Sequence record: NC_048046.1
DNA length: 64,000 nucleotides
Direction: 5' to 3' (one strand)
The translations under genes were made by a program, and so were the position numbers. Below, piece by piece: positions 8,099-15,473 of the stretch. Under the pieces are notes generated by a model, which was not told the origin of the DNA, did not search any database, and saw nothing but the letters and a program-made list of their open reading frames with translations. Position 1 is the first letter of the stretch. Each line of letters begins with the position of its first letter.

Positions 8099-8169
8099 GG
8101 GGCCAGCGCTGGGCGCAGCCATCCTTTGCAAGGAAGGCGGGCGGGGTTCGATTCCCCGTGACTCCACCA
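8099..8169 (+). tRNA. Atypical tRNA-Ala(TGC), minimal D-arm and extended anticodon stem
   Basis: ggggcca/tgactcc with G3.U70; gcgc-tgg-gcgc D hairpin; gccatcc-ttTGCaa-ggaaggc. Confidence 0.7.
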
Positions 8170-8170
8170 C

Positions 8171-8259
8171 GGATGGTGAATTGATCAGGCGATCAGGGCG
8201 GTTTCGAAAACCGAGCGGACCTTCACGGGTCTGGGGTTCAAGTCCTCCGCCATCCGCCA
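8171..8259 (+). tRNA. tRNA-Ser(CGA), 8/4 fold
   Basis: 8-bp acceptor ggatggtg/cgccatcc, 4-bp T-stem gggg/cctc, ttCGAaa loop, long variable arm, G73. Confidence 0.85.
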
Positions 8260-8263
8260 ACAT

Positions 8264-8353
8264 GGAGAGCGAACCGGACAGCCGCGCCGGGACCGATTGG
8301 AAATCGCGTCGGACCTTCACGGGTCTGGGGATGGTGTCCTCCGCTCTCCGCCA
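8264..8353 (+). tRNA. tRNA-Ser(GGA), 8/4 fold, non-canonical T-loop
   Basis: ggagagcg/cgctctcc, cga-ttGGAaa-tcg, T-loop atggtgt. Confidence 0.8.
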
Positions 8354-8357
8354 ACAT

Positions 8358-8445
8358 GGATGTATGGCTGAGAGGCTGAAAGCGCCCGTCTTGAAAACGG
8401 GTCGACCGAGAGGTCGCGGGAGTTCGAATCTCTCTGCATCCACCA
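8358..8445 (+). tRNA. tRNA-Ser(TGA)
   Basis: Canonical 7/5 class II, cccgt-ctTGAaa-acggg, A73. Confidence 0.88.
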
Positions 8446-8519
8446 ACACATGAGGGTCACGACCTCTCTCGCCTGTCGTGAGAAATTCCGGGAAGGATCG
8501 TCCTGGAGCCCGTGGAATT

Positions 8520-8609
8520 GGAGAGCGAACCGGACAGCCGCGCCGGCGCCGATTGCTAATCGAGTGGAGCCTTCACGGGCCTGGGGATGGTGCCCTCCGC
8601 TCTCCGCCA
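8520..8609 (+). tRNA. tRNA-Ser(GCT), 8/4 fold, non-canonical T-loop
   Basis: Near copy of 8264..8353; cga-ttGCTaa-tcg, T-loop atggtgc. Confidence 0.8.
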
Positions 8610-8638
8610 AGTTCAACCGCGAGCAAGGGAGCCGCACA

Positions 8639-8860
8639 ATGACGACGATGACGCAATGCCGACTGGAACGCAATGGCGCGGTCCAAGTCGCCTGGATCGA
8701 GTCGAAGTTCGCCAAGCCGACGAAGGTCGTCAAGATCAAGGTCGACGGCGAGTGGGAAGACGGATGGGTGGTCGCTAAGACTGGCACGACCCTACCGGCC
8801 AAGACGGTCCAGGACCGCGAGCGGGACTTCAAGTCACACCGCCGCGCCACCGACGTGTAA
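8639..8860 (+). CDS. Hypothetical protein
   Basis: AGGGAG RBS; MTTMTQCRLERNG... Confidence 0.7.
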   Translation: MTTMTQCRLERNGAVQVAWIESKFAKPTKVVKIKVDGEWEDGWVVAKTGTTLPAKTVQDRERDFKSHRRATDV

Positions 8861-8865
8861 AGGGG

Positions 8866-8899
8866 AACGCCCCGGTCTCGCGACCGGGGCGTTCTTTGT
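8866..8899. terminator. Terminator between convergent genes, possibly bidirectional
   Basis: aacgccccggtc-tcgc-gaccggggcgtt followed by ctttgttt. Confidence 0.8.
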
Positions 8900-9352
8900 T
8901 TAGGCCGTCACGCCGTCAGTGGCAGCCACGACCAGCCATTGCGTGCCGGTCCAACGCAGGATCACCATCGTCGGCGGGGTCGGGATGTGAGCCCCGACAA
9001 CGCCCAGCGGATTGAACGGCAGGAAGGTCAGTTCCTGGTACTGCTGAGCGTTCCACTGGAATGGCTTGGCCGGCGAGGTCTCCGCCAGATTGAGCGTTTC
9101 CGAAAGCGCGCGCAGCTTGAAGGTGGTGCGATTTGCGGTGTTCGTGCTCGACTCGAACTGAGACGGCAGCGGTAGCAGACGGACGACAATCTCGTCACCG
9201 GGCGACTCACCCGGTGCGAGCCAGCCGTACAGCGTGACGTCGCTGTTATGCTCCAGGCGGATATCCACCTGACGCTCATCATTGCGATTGATCACCGGAG
9301 CCACGACGTAATTATTCGCGGACTGCGGAATCGAGATCAAGGTAGCAGACAT
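8900..9352 (-). CDS. Hypothetical protein, paralog of 5038..5517
   Basis: AGGA RBS before the ATG at 9352; YGWLAPGESPGDE and LRWTGTQW motifs. Confidence 0.7.
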   Translation of the reverse strand: MSATLISIPQSANNYVVAPVINRNDERQVDIRLEHNSDVTLYGWLAPGESPGDEIVVRLLPLPSQFESSTNTANRTTFKLRALSETLNLAETSPAKPFQWNAQQYQELTFLPFNPLGVVGAHIPTPPTMVILRWTGTQWLVVAATDGVTA

Positions 9353-9438
9353 ATGGTAGTTCCTTTGGTTTGATGGACCGGACAACGTCGTCCGGCTCAG
9401 CTTGTTTATAGAACGTAACCGGAACATGCAAGCGGTAA

Positions 9439-10110
9439 ATGGACAGAAATTCTGGCGACGTTAAACTGTGCGCCATGTCCTATCCGATCGCTCCGACCTC
9501 ATTCGAGTCCAACCATTTCGATCCGGCGTGGGTCGATTTGGATTTCTTCTATTCTCAGAGTGGGATTGGTAGCTTTCCCAAGCATGTATGTAAGCGGACC
9601 TTCCAGGCTTCGCTGCCCTACATCCAGAGCGCTCGACACGCGATCGACATTGGTTGTCGCGACGGCGAATACAGTCGCTACTTGCAGACGAGCTTCGCGC
9701 ACGTCTTCGGCTTCGATCCGCGCCGGCGCGAGTACCTTCCGTTCAACGTCGATCTCAAGCGCATGACGCATTTCCTCTGCGCTCTGGGCGATGAGCCCGG
9801 TACGATCAAGATGTCGGGCGGTACCCACAAGCAGTTCGGTCCTAAGCAGCATGTCGCGCCGTGCTTCACGCTCGACAGCTTCGGCCTTCAGGATATCGAC
9901 TACATTAAGATCGACGTCGAAGGATTCGAGAAGAAGGTACTGATTGGCGGTTGGGCAACGATTGACCGTTGCCGGCCGGTGATCGTCATCGAGCAGAACG
10001 ATGTCACGCTGCCGGGGGCAGCGCGCTACGAAGCGCGAGACTGGCTGGAGCAGCGAGGCTATAGCGTAGCTGCGATCAGCAAGGATGACCTGATCATGGT
10101 TCCGCAGTGA
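9439..10110 (+). CDS. FkbM-family SAM-dependent methyltransferase (alternative start 9475)
   Basis: AIDIGCRDG, YIKIDVEGFE, RPVIVIEQ motifs. Confidence 0.85.
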   Translation: MDRNSGDVKLCAMSYPIAPTSFESNHFDPAWVDLDFFYSQSGIGSFPKHVCKRTFQASLPYIQSARHAIDIGCRDGEYSRYLQTSFAHVFGFDPRRREYLPFNVDLKRMTHFLCALGDEPGTIKMSGGTHKQFGPKQHVAPCFTLDSFGLQDIDYIKIDVEGFEKKVLIGGWATIDRCRPVIVIEQNDVTLPGAARYEARDWLEQRGYSVAAISKDDLIMVPQ

Positions 10111-10124
10111 ACAAGGAGACCCAT

Positions 10125-10355
10125 ATGACCGACGCCCAAATCAAGTACATGACCGACCGCTTCCTTGGCTGGAAGCTGCCGGCCAATTTCCAACCCGACG
10201 CCGGAATCAGCTTCCAGCCCGAGTACAACGTCGAGTTCATGGCGAGCCAGGGCAAGCCGCCCATGCGCCACGAGCCGGTCGGCACGAATCTGTTCAGCGC
10301 TGAGCAGGCCCAGGCGATGATCCGCCACATGCTCGAAGGCTTGCCCAGCGATTAA
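10125..10355 (+). CDS. Hypothetical protein
   Basis: AAGGAG RBS; MTDAQIKYMTDRFLGWKLP... Confidence 0.75.
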   Translation: MTDAQIKYMTDRFLGWKLPANFQPDAGISFQPEYNVEFMASQGKPPMRHEPVGTNLFSAEQAQAMIRHMLEGLPSD

Positions 10356-10650
10356 CTGTGTTGACAGGGCTGGCGCCGCGTGCCAGTAATCCTGTCAGCC
10401 AATAGACCCCTGACGGCGTTCGAGCGTTGCGAAGCTCCCGGCAAGCACCGGGCTCCCACAGCATCGTCCCGCCCTCCTGGGATGCGGCTTCGAGCAGGTT
10501 CGTCAGGCCCATCTCACAAAAAGGTGCCTGACGGGGTTGGTGGATTGCCCGATGCGTACGCGCATCTGAAAACCACCACGAGTTCGCCGGTTCGCCGGCC
10601 TTATACGGATGAAGCTCTAGGGTGTCTCGGCGAAGCGCTTCGTCGGGCCT

Positions 10651-10729
10651 AGGATGGGGAGCGCTTCCCATCGTGGAGTGCCGGGTAGTTAACCCGGAGG
10701 CGGGGGTTCGAGTCCCTCCATCCGTTCCA
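10651..10729 (+). pseudogene. Degenerate tRNA-Asn(GTT)-like
   Basis: Good anticodon arm ccggg-taGTTaa-cccgg and T-arm, terminal CCA, but only a 5-bp acceptor and A33. Confidence 0.5.
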
Positions 10730-10852
10730 ATCAAGGTGGGCCAGCGGAGAATTTCATCCGTTCGCTGGATCAAGAAAAGGGACGCCGGGGTCTTGCCGGC
10801 TACCGAGGGCGCGGCACCTGAACCGCCTGCCCCACCGCCTCTCGGAGCCTAC

Positions 10853-11614
10853 ATGCGCATCCTGGTCTTGAGCGACCTGCACCTCGAATTCGGCAACATG
10901 GATCGCAACTGGCAGCCGCCCGAGTGCGACGCGGTGATCCTGGCCGGCGACATCGCGACCGGTGTCTTCGGCGTCATGTGGGCACAGACGCTCCCGGCGC
11001 CGGTCTTTTACGTGCCGGGCAACCACGAGTTCTACGGCAAGCGCCGCTACCTCCACCACATGGAGAAGCTGCACGCGAAGGCGGAAGACTCCAATGTCGC
11101 CGTCATGCAGAACCGCATTATCCAGGGCGAGATCGCCGGCGAGAAGGTCCGCATCCTCGGCGCCACGATGTGGACCGACTTTGGCCTGCATGGGACCGAG
11201 CATTTGTCCCAGGTCGCGGCGCAGCGCGAGATGAACGACTACAAGCAGATCAGGCTGGATCACAGCAAGATGCTGACGGCCGACCACACGCGCAGCCTCC
11301 ACCTGGAATCCCGCTACTGGCTCAGCGAGCAGCTTCGACAGCCGTTCGACGGCAAGACGATCGTCATCACCCACCACGCCCCTTCCGAGCAGTCGATTCC
11401 GCAGCGCTATCGCGGCGATCCTCTGTCGCCGGCCTACGCCGCGCGTCTGGAGAACCTGATCTGCAACTACGAGCCTACGCTGTGGGTGCATGGGCATATC
11501 CACGACAGCCTGGACTACCGCATCTGCGAGACGCGTATCGTCTGCAACCCTCGCGGCTACAAGGGCCACGAACTCAACAAGAACTTCAACCCGCATCTGG
11601 TGGTGGAGATTTAA
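10853..11614 (+). CDS. Calcineurin-like metallophosphoesterase
   Basis: SDLH, GD, GNHE, HH, HGHIH motifs. Confidence 0.92.
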   Translation: MRILVLSDLHLEFGNMDRNWQPPECDAVILAGDIATGVFGVMWAQTLPAPVFYVPGNHEFYGKRRYLHHMEKLHAKAEDSNVAVMQNRIIQGEIAGEKVRILGATMWTDFGLHGTEHLSQVAAQREMNDYKQIRLDHSKMLTADHTRSLHLESRYWLSEQLRQPFDGKTIVITHHAPSEQSIPQRYRGDPLSPAYAARLENLICNYEPTLWVHGHIHDSLDYRICETRIVCNPRGYKGHELNKNFNPHLVVEI

Positions 11615-11616
11615 GC

Positions 11617-11952
11617 ATGCCCCGCAAATGGCGCGTATTCGGTGGAGAGGTCTGGCACTTGCATGCGCCCGCACCGGAGCAGCTACCGACGAACAATCAG
11701 TTCGCGAGCATCTTCCGAGATTGCGATAAGGTTGAATTCGCGGGCGATTACGACACCGAGAAGGAAGCGCGGGATGTCTGGAAGGCTCGGGCGCAGCAGA
11801 CCGTCGACAACGCCTTGATGCGCTTCTTCATCGTCCCTTACGATTACGAAGAGATGTCACCGAAGGAGTGGTGGGCTAAACGCGTCGAGTTCCTATCGCA
11901 GAATATGGACGTACCTGCTATCGGCCGCTCGCGTCCGGAGATTATGCGCTAA
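11617..11952 (+). CDS. DUF4170-like protein
   Basis: VFGGE...WKARAQQTVDNALMRFFIV resembles alphaproteobacterial DUF4170. Confidence 0.7.
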   Translation: MPRKWRVFGGEVWHLHAPAPEQLPTNNQFASIFRDCDKVEFAGDYDTEKEARDVWKARAQQTVDNALMRFFIVPYDYEEMSPKEWWAKRVEFLSQNMDVPAIGRSRPEIMR

Positions 11953-12473
11953 TGGCTTACCGCCAGATCATCCCCATCGACGACAAGCTGCTGACCAAGC
12001 CGTCAGCGCCGATCGAACTCATCAACGGCGAGGTTCCGCAGGATATCCTCGATCTCGCTGGCGACATGCTGGAGACCTGCCGCGCTATCAACGGCGCCGG
12101 CCTCGCGGCGGTCCAGGTGGGCGAGCCGGTTCGCATGTTCGTGATGGACCTCGTCCAGATCAACGGCCCGACCATGGTCTTCATCAATCCGGAGATCATC
12201 GTGCGTTCGGGCGAGACGATCGAGATGCTGGAGGGGTGCCTGTCGATGCCGGGCATCGGCTTCACGCTGGAGCGCGCCGCGACTGTCACTGTCCGGTACA
12301 CTGCGATCGACGGCGAAGAGAAGACCTATGACGCCGGCGGATACGCGGCGATCTGCTGCCAGCACGAAATCGACCATCTCGACGGCATTAGGCATATTGA
12401 CCACTTGTCGAAGCTGAAGCGTTCGCGCTACATGTCCAAGTTCAAGAGCATGCTTCAAGCACGCTCTGGTTAA
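11952..12473 (+). CDS. def: Peptide deformylase
   Basis: GAGLAAVQVG, EGCLS, QHEIDHLDG signature motifs. Confidence 0.95.
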   Translation: MAYRQIIPIDDKLLTKPSAPIELINGEVPQDILDLAGDMLETCRAINGAGLAAVQVGEPVRMFVMDLVQINGPTMVFINPEIIVRSGETIEMLEGCLSMPGIGFTLERAATVTVRYTAIDGEEKTYDAGGYAAICCQHEIDHLDGIRHIDHLSKLKRSRYMSKFKSMLQARSG

Positions 12474-12497
12474 TTAACCCCTTAGCCTGGAGTCCAC

Positions 12498-13697
12498 ATG
12501 TCCCACTTCGCCCTCGTGGTCGTCACGACCACCAACTCGGAAGAACAACTCAAAGCGGTGCTCCAGCCGTTCCACGAGTTCGAGTGTACCGGCACCAGCG
12601 ACCAATATGTCGTCGAGGTCGACGACACGGAGGAGAAGCGCGCGTCCTACGAGACTGCGAAAGGCCGCCGTTACCGTTCGCCGGACGGCGCCCTGCACGA
12701 TCCCTACGACAACATCTACTTCCGCGATCTCACTGCCGATGAACTCAAGCAGGCCGGCACTGAGAAATTCGCCCGTATCCCAGGCCTCTTCATCCACGAT
12801 CAGGACTGGAATGACGGGCGCGGATATCGCTCGAAGGTCCACTTCGTGCCGGCGGGCTGGGAGGACGTCGAAGTTCCCGTCAAGGAGTTCTCCTCGCTCC
12901 GTGACTACATCGCCGGCCAAACCGACCGCAAGGTCATCGTTCAAGGCGGGCTTCCGGACTACAACGATACCCACAAGTACGGCTACACGATCGTCGACGC
13001 CAAGGGCGAGGTCGTGAAGACGGTGCGTCGCACCAACCCAAATGCCAAGTGGGATTGGTGGGAGATCGGCGGCCGGTATCGTGGGCGTCTCCTGTCCAAG
13101 GGCGGCTTCGGTCACCAAGGTCGGCCGGGCACCTTCAATAACGACACCTACCATCAAGGGGGCAGCGACGGCTTGCCGAAGGGCGAGATCGACTTCGAGC
13201 GCATGCGCAAGCTGAACGTCGAAAAGCATCTGGGCTGGGTCGAGGAAGCGTACGCCAAGATGGGTGACATGCCTCGCGTCGAGGTCAAGGCGCTCTGCAT
13301 CGAGTACGCCGGCCTGTTCAACGAGGTGATGCGCCCGAAGTTCGCCGCGATCGACGCCGGCACGTGGAAGGACGGTAACGTCTGGGAGAAGGCGAATGCG
13401 GAGAGCCCACGCTTCGAGGAACTCGGCAACATCCTCAACCCCTTCTACGACTACTTCAACGGCGCCGGCTTCGATCGCGACATCGGCGATCCCTGGGCCT
13501 GGGCGGAGTCCGTCGCGCCCCTGACCGCCTATGCCTTCCTGGGCACGGACGGCGTCTGGCGCGGCTCGGGCGAGATGGGTTGGTTCGGCATTTCGACCGG
13601 GGTGAAGGACTCGGGTGAGTGGAATCGCGAGTTCGCCAAGGCGCTCGCCGCCGTGCCGGACCACCACACGATCTGGGTCGTCGACTGCCACATCTAA
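12498..13697 (+). CDS. Hypothetical phage protein
   Basis: GGAG RBS; 399 aa, genome-typical codon usage; WDWWEIGGRY motif. Confidence 0.85.
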   Translation: MSHFALVVVTTTNSEEQLKAVLQPFHEFECTGTSDQYVVEVDDTEEKRASYETAKGRRYRSPDGALHDPYDNIYFRDLTADELKQAGTEKFARIPGLFIHDQDWNDGRGYRSKVHFVPAGWEDVEVPVKEFSSLRDYIAGQTDRKVIVQGGLPDYNDTHKYGYTIVDAKGEVVKTVRRTNPNAKWDWWEIGGRYRGRLLSKGGFGHQGRPGTFNNDTYHQGGSDGLPKGEIDFERMRKLNVEKHLGWVEEAYAKMGDMPRVEVKALCIEYAGLFNEVMRPKFAAIDAGTWKDGNVWEKANAESPRFEELGNILNPFYDYFNGAGFDRDIGDPWAWAESVAPLTAYAFLGTDGVWRGSGEMGWFGISTGVKDSGEWNREFAKALAAVPDHHTIWVVDCHI

Positions 13698-13751
13698 AAA
13701 AGTTTGCCAGAATAGTTGACACCTCTGGCTCAATGTGAGACACACAATCCC

Positions 13752-13847
13752 ATGATGACCTATCGCAACAACGTGCAGCAAATTCGAGTTCGCCAGTTTA
13801 ACTGGACGGGCCGTTCGCACGTGTGTGATGGAATGGTGGGCGGATAG
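13752..13847 (+). CDS. Possible 31-aa leader peptide
   Basis: Short ORF between a TTGACA promoter and a strong terminator; weak RBS. Confidence 0.3.
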   Translation: MMTYRNNVQQIRVRQFNWTGRSHVCDGMVGG

Positions 13848-13874
13848 CCCACTCCACATCAAACAGATCGAGCG

Positions 13875-13915
13875 AAGGCCCGCCAGGAACCCCTGGCGGG
13901 CCTTTTCTTTTTTCC
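13875..13915 (+). terminator. Rho-independent terminator upstream of the second large tRNA cluster
   Basis: aaggcccgccagg-aacc-cctggcgggcctt plus a T-run. Confidence 0.85.
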
Positions 13916-13966
13916 ACCTTCCGATCCGAGGAGATCGTCATGAACAACGGCGGGTAACCGCCTTCT

Positions 13967-14052
13967 GGGTAGGCACCGGGCACGAGTGAGCCCAACCGAC
14001 TGTAAATCGGCCGCGAAAGCTGTGAGGGTGCGAATTCCCTCCCTGCCCTCCA
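13967..14052 (+). tRNA. tRNA-Tyr(GTA), atypical T-loop
   Basis: gggtagg/cctgccc, ccga-ctGTAaa-tcgg, variable arm, T-loop tgcgaatt. Confidence 0.75.
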
Positions 14053-14053
14053 T

Positions 14054-14128
14054 CCCTACGTAGCTGAGACAGAGTAGCGCCAGAGTGAAATCCTGGAGAC
14101 GGAGGTGCGAGCACTCTCGTGGGGGCCA
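14054..14128 (+). tRNA. tRNA-Phe(GAA), atypical T-loop
   Basis: ccctacg/cgtgggg, loop gtGAAat, T-loop tgcgagc. Confidence 0.7.
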
Positions 14129-14136
14129 TTTTCAGT

Positions 14137-14211
14137 GGCAGGTTAGTTCAGAGGTAGAACGCCGCTATGACATGGCGGATGTCGGGGGTTCAATTCCCTC
14201 ACCTGCTACCA
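14137..14211 (+). tRNA. tRNA-Val(GAC)
   Basis: ggcaggt/acctgct, ccgct-atGACat-ggcgg. Confidence 0.88.
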
Positions 14212-14212
14212 T

Positions 14213-14288
14213 CCTAGTGTAGCTCAGTTGGTAGAGCAGCGGATCGATAATCCGCCGGTCGCCGGTTCAAGTCCGGCCGCTAGGTCCA
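14213..14288 (+). tRNA. tRNA-Ile(GAT)
   Basis: cctagtg/cgctagg, gcgga-tcGATaa-tccgc (C33, U73). Confidence 0.85.
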
Positions 14289-14296
14289 GTTTCTGA

Positions 14297-14372
14297 TGGG
14301 GCATAGCTCAGGGGTTAGAGCGCGCGCTTGATAAGCGTGAGGCCGTTGGTTCGAGACCAACTGTCCCTACCA
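14297..14372 (+). tRNA. tRNA-Ile(GAT)
   Basis: cgcgc-ttGATaa-gcgtg, canonical D and T arms. Confidence 0.88.
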
Positions 14373-14405
14373 ACAAAGGCCGGCGCGGAGATGCGCGCCG
14401 CCTAA

Positions 14406-14481
14406 CGCGAACGGGCCAGATGGGAAGGCTGGGGTGTCACATACCTCGATTGACTGTGTTCGATTCACAGGTTCGCGACCA
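14406..14481 (+). tRNA. tRNA-Val(CAC)
   Basis: cgcgaac/gttcgcg, ggggt-gtCACat-acctc, T-arm ctgtg-ttcgatt-cacag. Confidence 0.8.
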
Positions 14482-14488
14482 TGTTTAT

Positions 14489-14562
14489 TGGGGGATCGTC
14501 TAATGGTAGGACGGTAGAGTCTGGTTCTACAGATATAGGTTCGAGTCCTATTCCCCCATCCA
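14489..14562 (+). tRNA. tRNA-Gln(CTG)
   Basis: U1-A72, gtaga-gtCTGgt-tctac. Confidence 0.88.
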
Positions 14563-14568
14563 AGTTGT

Positions 14569-14642
14569 TCTCGGGTGGTCTAATGGTAGGACATCTGGTT
14601 TTGGTCCAGAGGGTTGGGGTTCGATTCCTTGGCCGAGAGCCA
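14569..14642 (+). tRNA. tRNA-Gln(TTG)
   Basis: U1-A72, tctgg-ttTTGgt-ccaga, G73. Confidence 0.88.
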
Positions 14643-14652
14643 ACTTATTTAT

Positions 14653-14741
14653 TCTCATGTGGCGGAACTGGTAAACGCACCGGACTGTTAATCCGGCGTC
14701 TCGCAAGAGACTTGGGGGTTCGAAGCCCTCCGTGAGAGCCA
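14653..14741 (+). tRNA. tRNA-Asn(GTT) with a long variable arm
   Basis: tctcatg/cgtgaga, ccgga-ctGTTaa-tccgg, variable hairpin gtctc-gcaa-gagac, G73. Confidence 0.88.
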
Positions 14742-14770
14742 ATTTGTCGCAGCCCCGGCTGCGGCGTTAT

Positions 14771-14854
14771 GCCCTGGTAACCCGGCGCGCACTACGAATG
14801 CGCGAGCCGTAGCTGGAGTTGAAAAGGCTGGTTCGAATCCAGCCCAGGGCGCCA
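14771..14854 (+). tRNA. D-armless tRNA-Arg(ACG)-like
   Basis: gccctgg/ccagggc, 8-nt connector, cgcgca-ctACGaa-tgcgcg, 22-nt variable region, canonical T-arm, GCCA. Confidence 0.7.
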
Positions 14855-14859
14855 CCTTT

Positions 14860-14937
14860 AGCGATGTAGCTCAGTGGATTTAGAGCGTTCCCCTACGAAG
14901 GGAAGGGTCGGGGGTTCGAGTCCCTCCATCGCTGCCA
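14860..14937 (+). tRNA. tRNA-Arg(ACG)
   Basis: agcgatg/catcgct, ttccc-ctACGaa-gggaa. Confidence 0.92.
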
Positions 14938-14942
14938 ACCTT

Positions 14943-15025
14943 AGCGTACAGGCCGAGCAGGATTATCGTCAGGCGCCGCCCTCCGAAGGCGGAGAGGCTC
15001 GGTTCGAGTCCGAGGTACGCTGCCA
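14943..15025 (+). tRNA. tRNA-Arg(CCG), enlarged D-loop
   Basis: agcgtac/gtacgct, ccgcc-ctCCGaa-ggcgg. Confidence 0.85.
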
Positions 15026-15142
15026 GACATTGAGAGTTGACAGGCATTTTTAGGCAGCCTATATCCTCTCAAGTGAATTCCAAGCCCGCACCGGGATCGC
15101 TCTGGCGATTAGGCGGGCCTGGGCCTCCTGATCGTCAAGCAG

Positions 15143-15178
15143 AGCCCCCGCGTGGTCCCGGTCCGCGCGGGGGCTTTG
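15143..15178 (+). terminator. Putative terminator after the tRNA cluster
   Basis: agcccccgcg / cgcgggggct followed by ttgt. Confidence 0.6.
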
Positions 15179-15308
15179 TGATTCAGGCGTATCCTGAGTC
15201 AAGGTATTTATAGTTGACAGACAAGTGCCAGGAATCTTGACTCTCCAGGTCGATTCTACTACCGTGCGCTGCATCAACAACGCGTAGCTACCGTCGGGGA
15301 CGAAGGCT

Positions 15309-15473
15309 GTGTCGGACAACGACAAGGGCCAAACGGTGATCCCCGAGGCCCAAGCTGAAAACCAGGGACAGCAGCGCTTTTACGCCCTGCTCAACGAACT
15401 TCGGACGGCACTGCGTCGTCCGTCGACGGAGGCTCATACACCCAACCTGGATGTCGAGACCGACCATGGCTAA
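15309..15473 (+). CDS. Small hypothetical protein (54 aa, below the ORF-track cutoff)
   Basis: GTG start, open for 55 codons, stop overlaps the next ATG. Confidence 0.5.
   Translation: MSDNDKGQTVIPEAQAENQGQQRFYALLNELRTALRRPSTEAHTPNLDVETDHG

Noticed and set aside
7058-8860. ORF-track ORFs overlapping the tRNA clusters
   Set aside because: They run through tRNA genes and lack an RBS or motifs; only 8639..8860 is kept.
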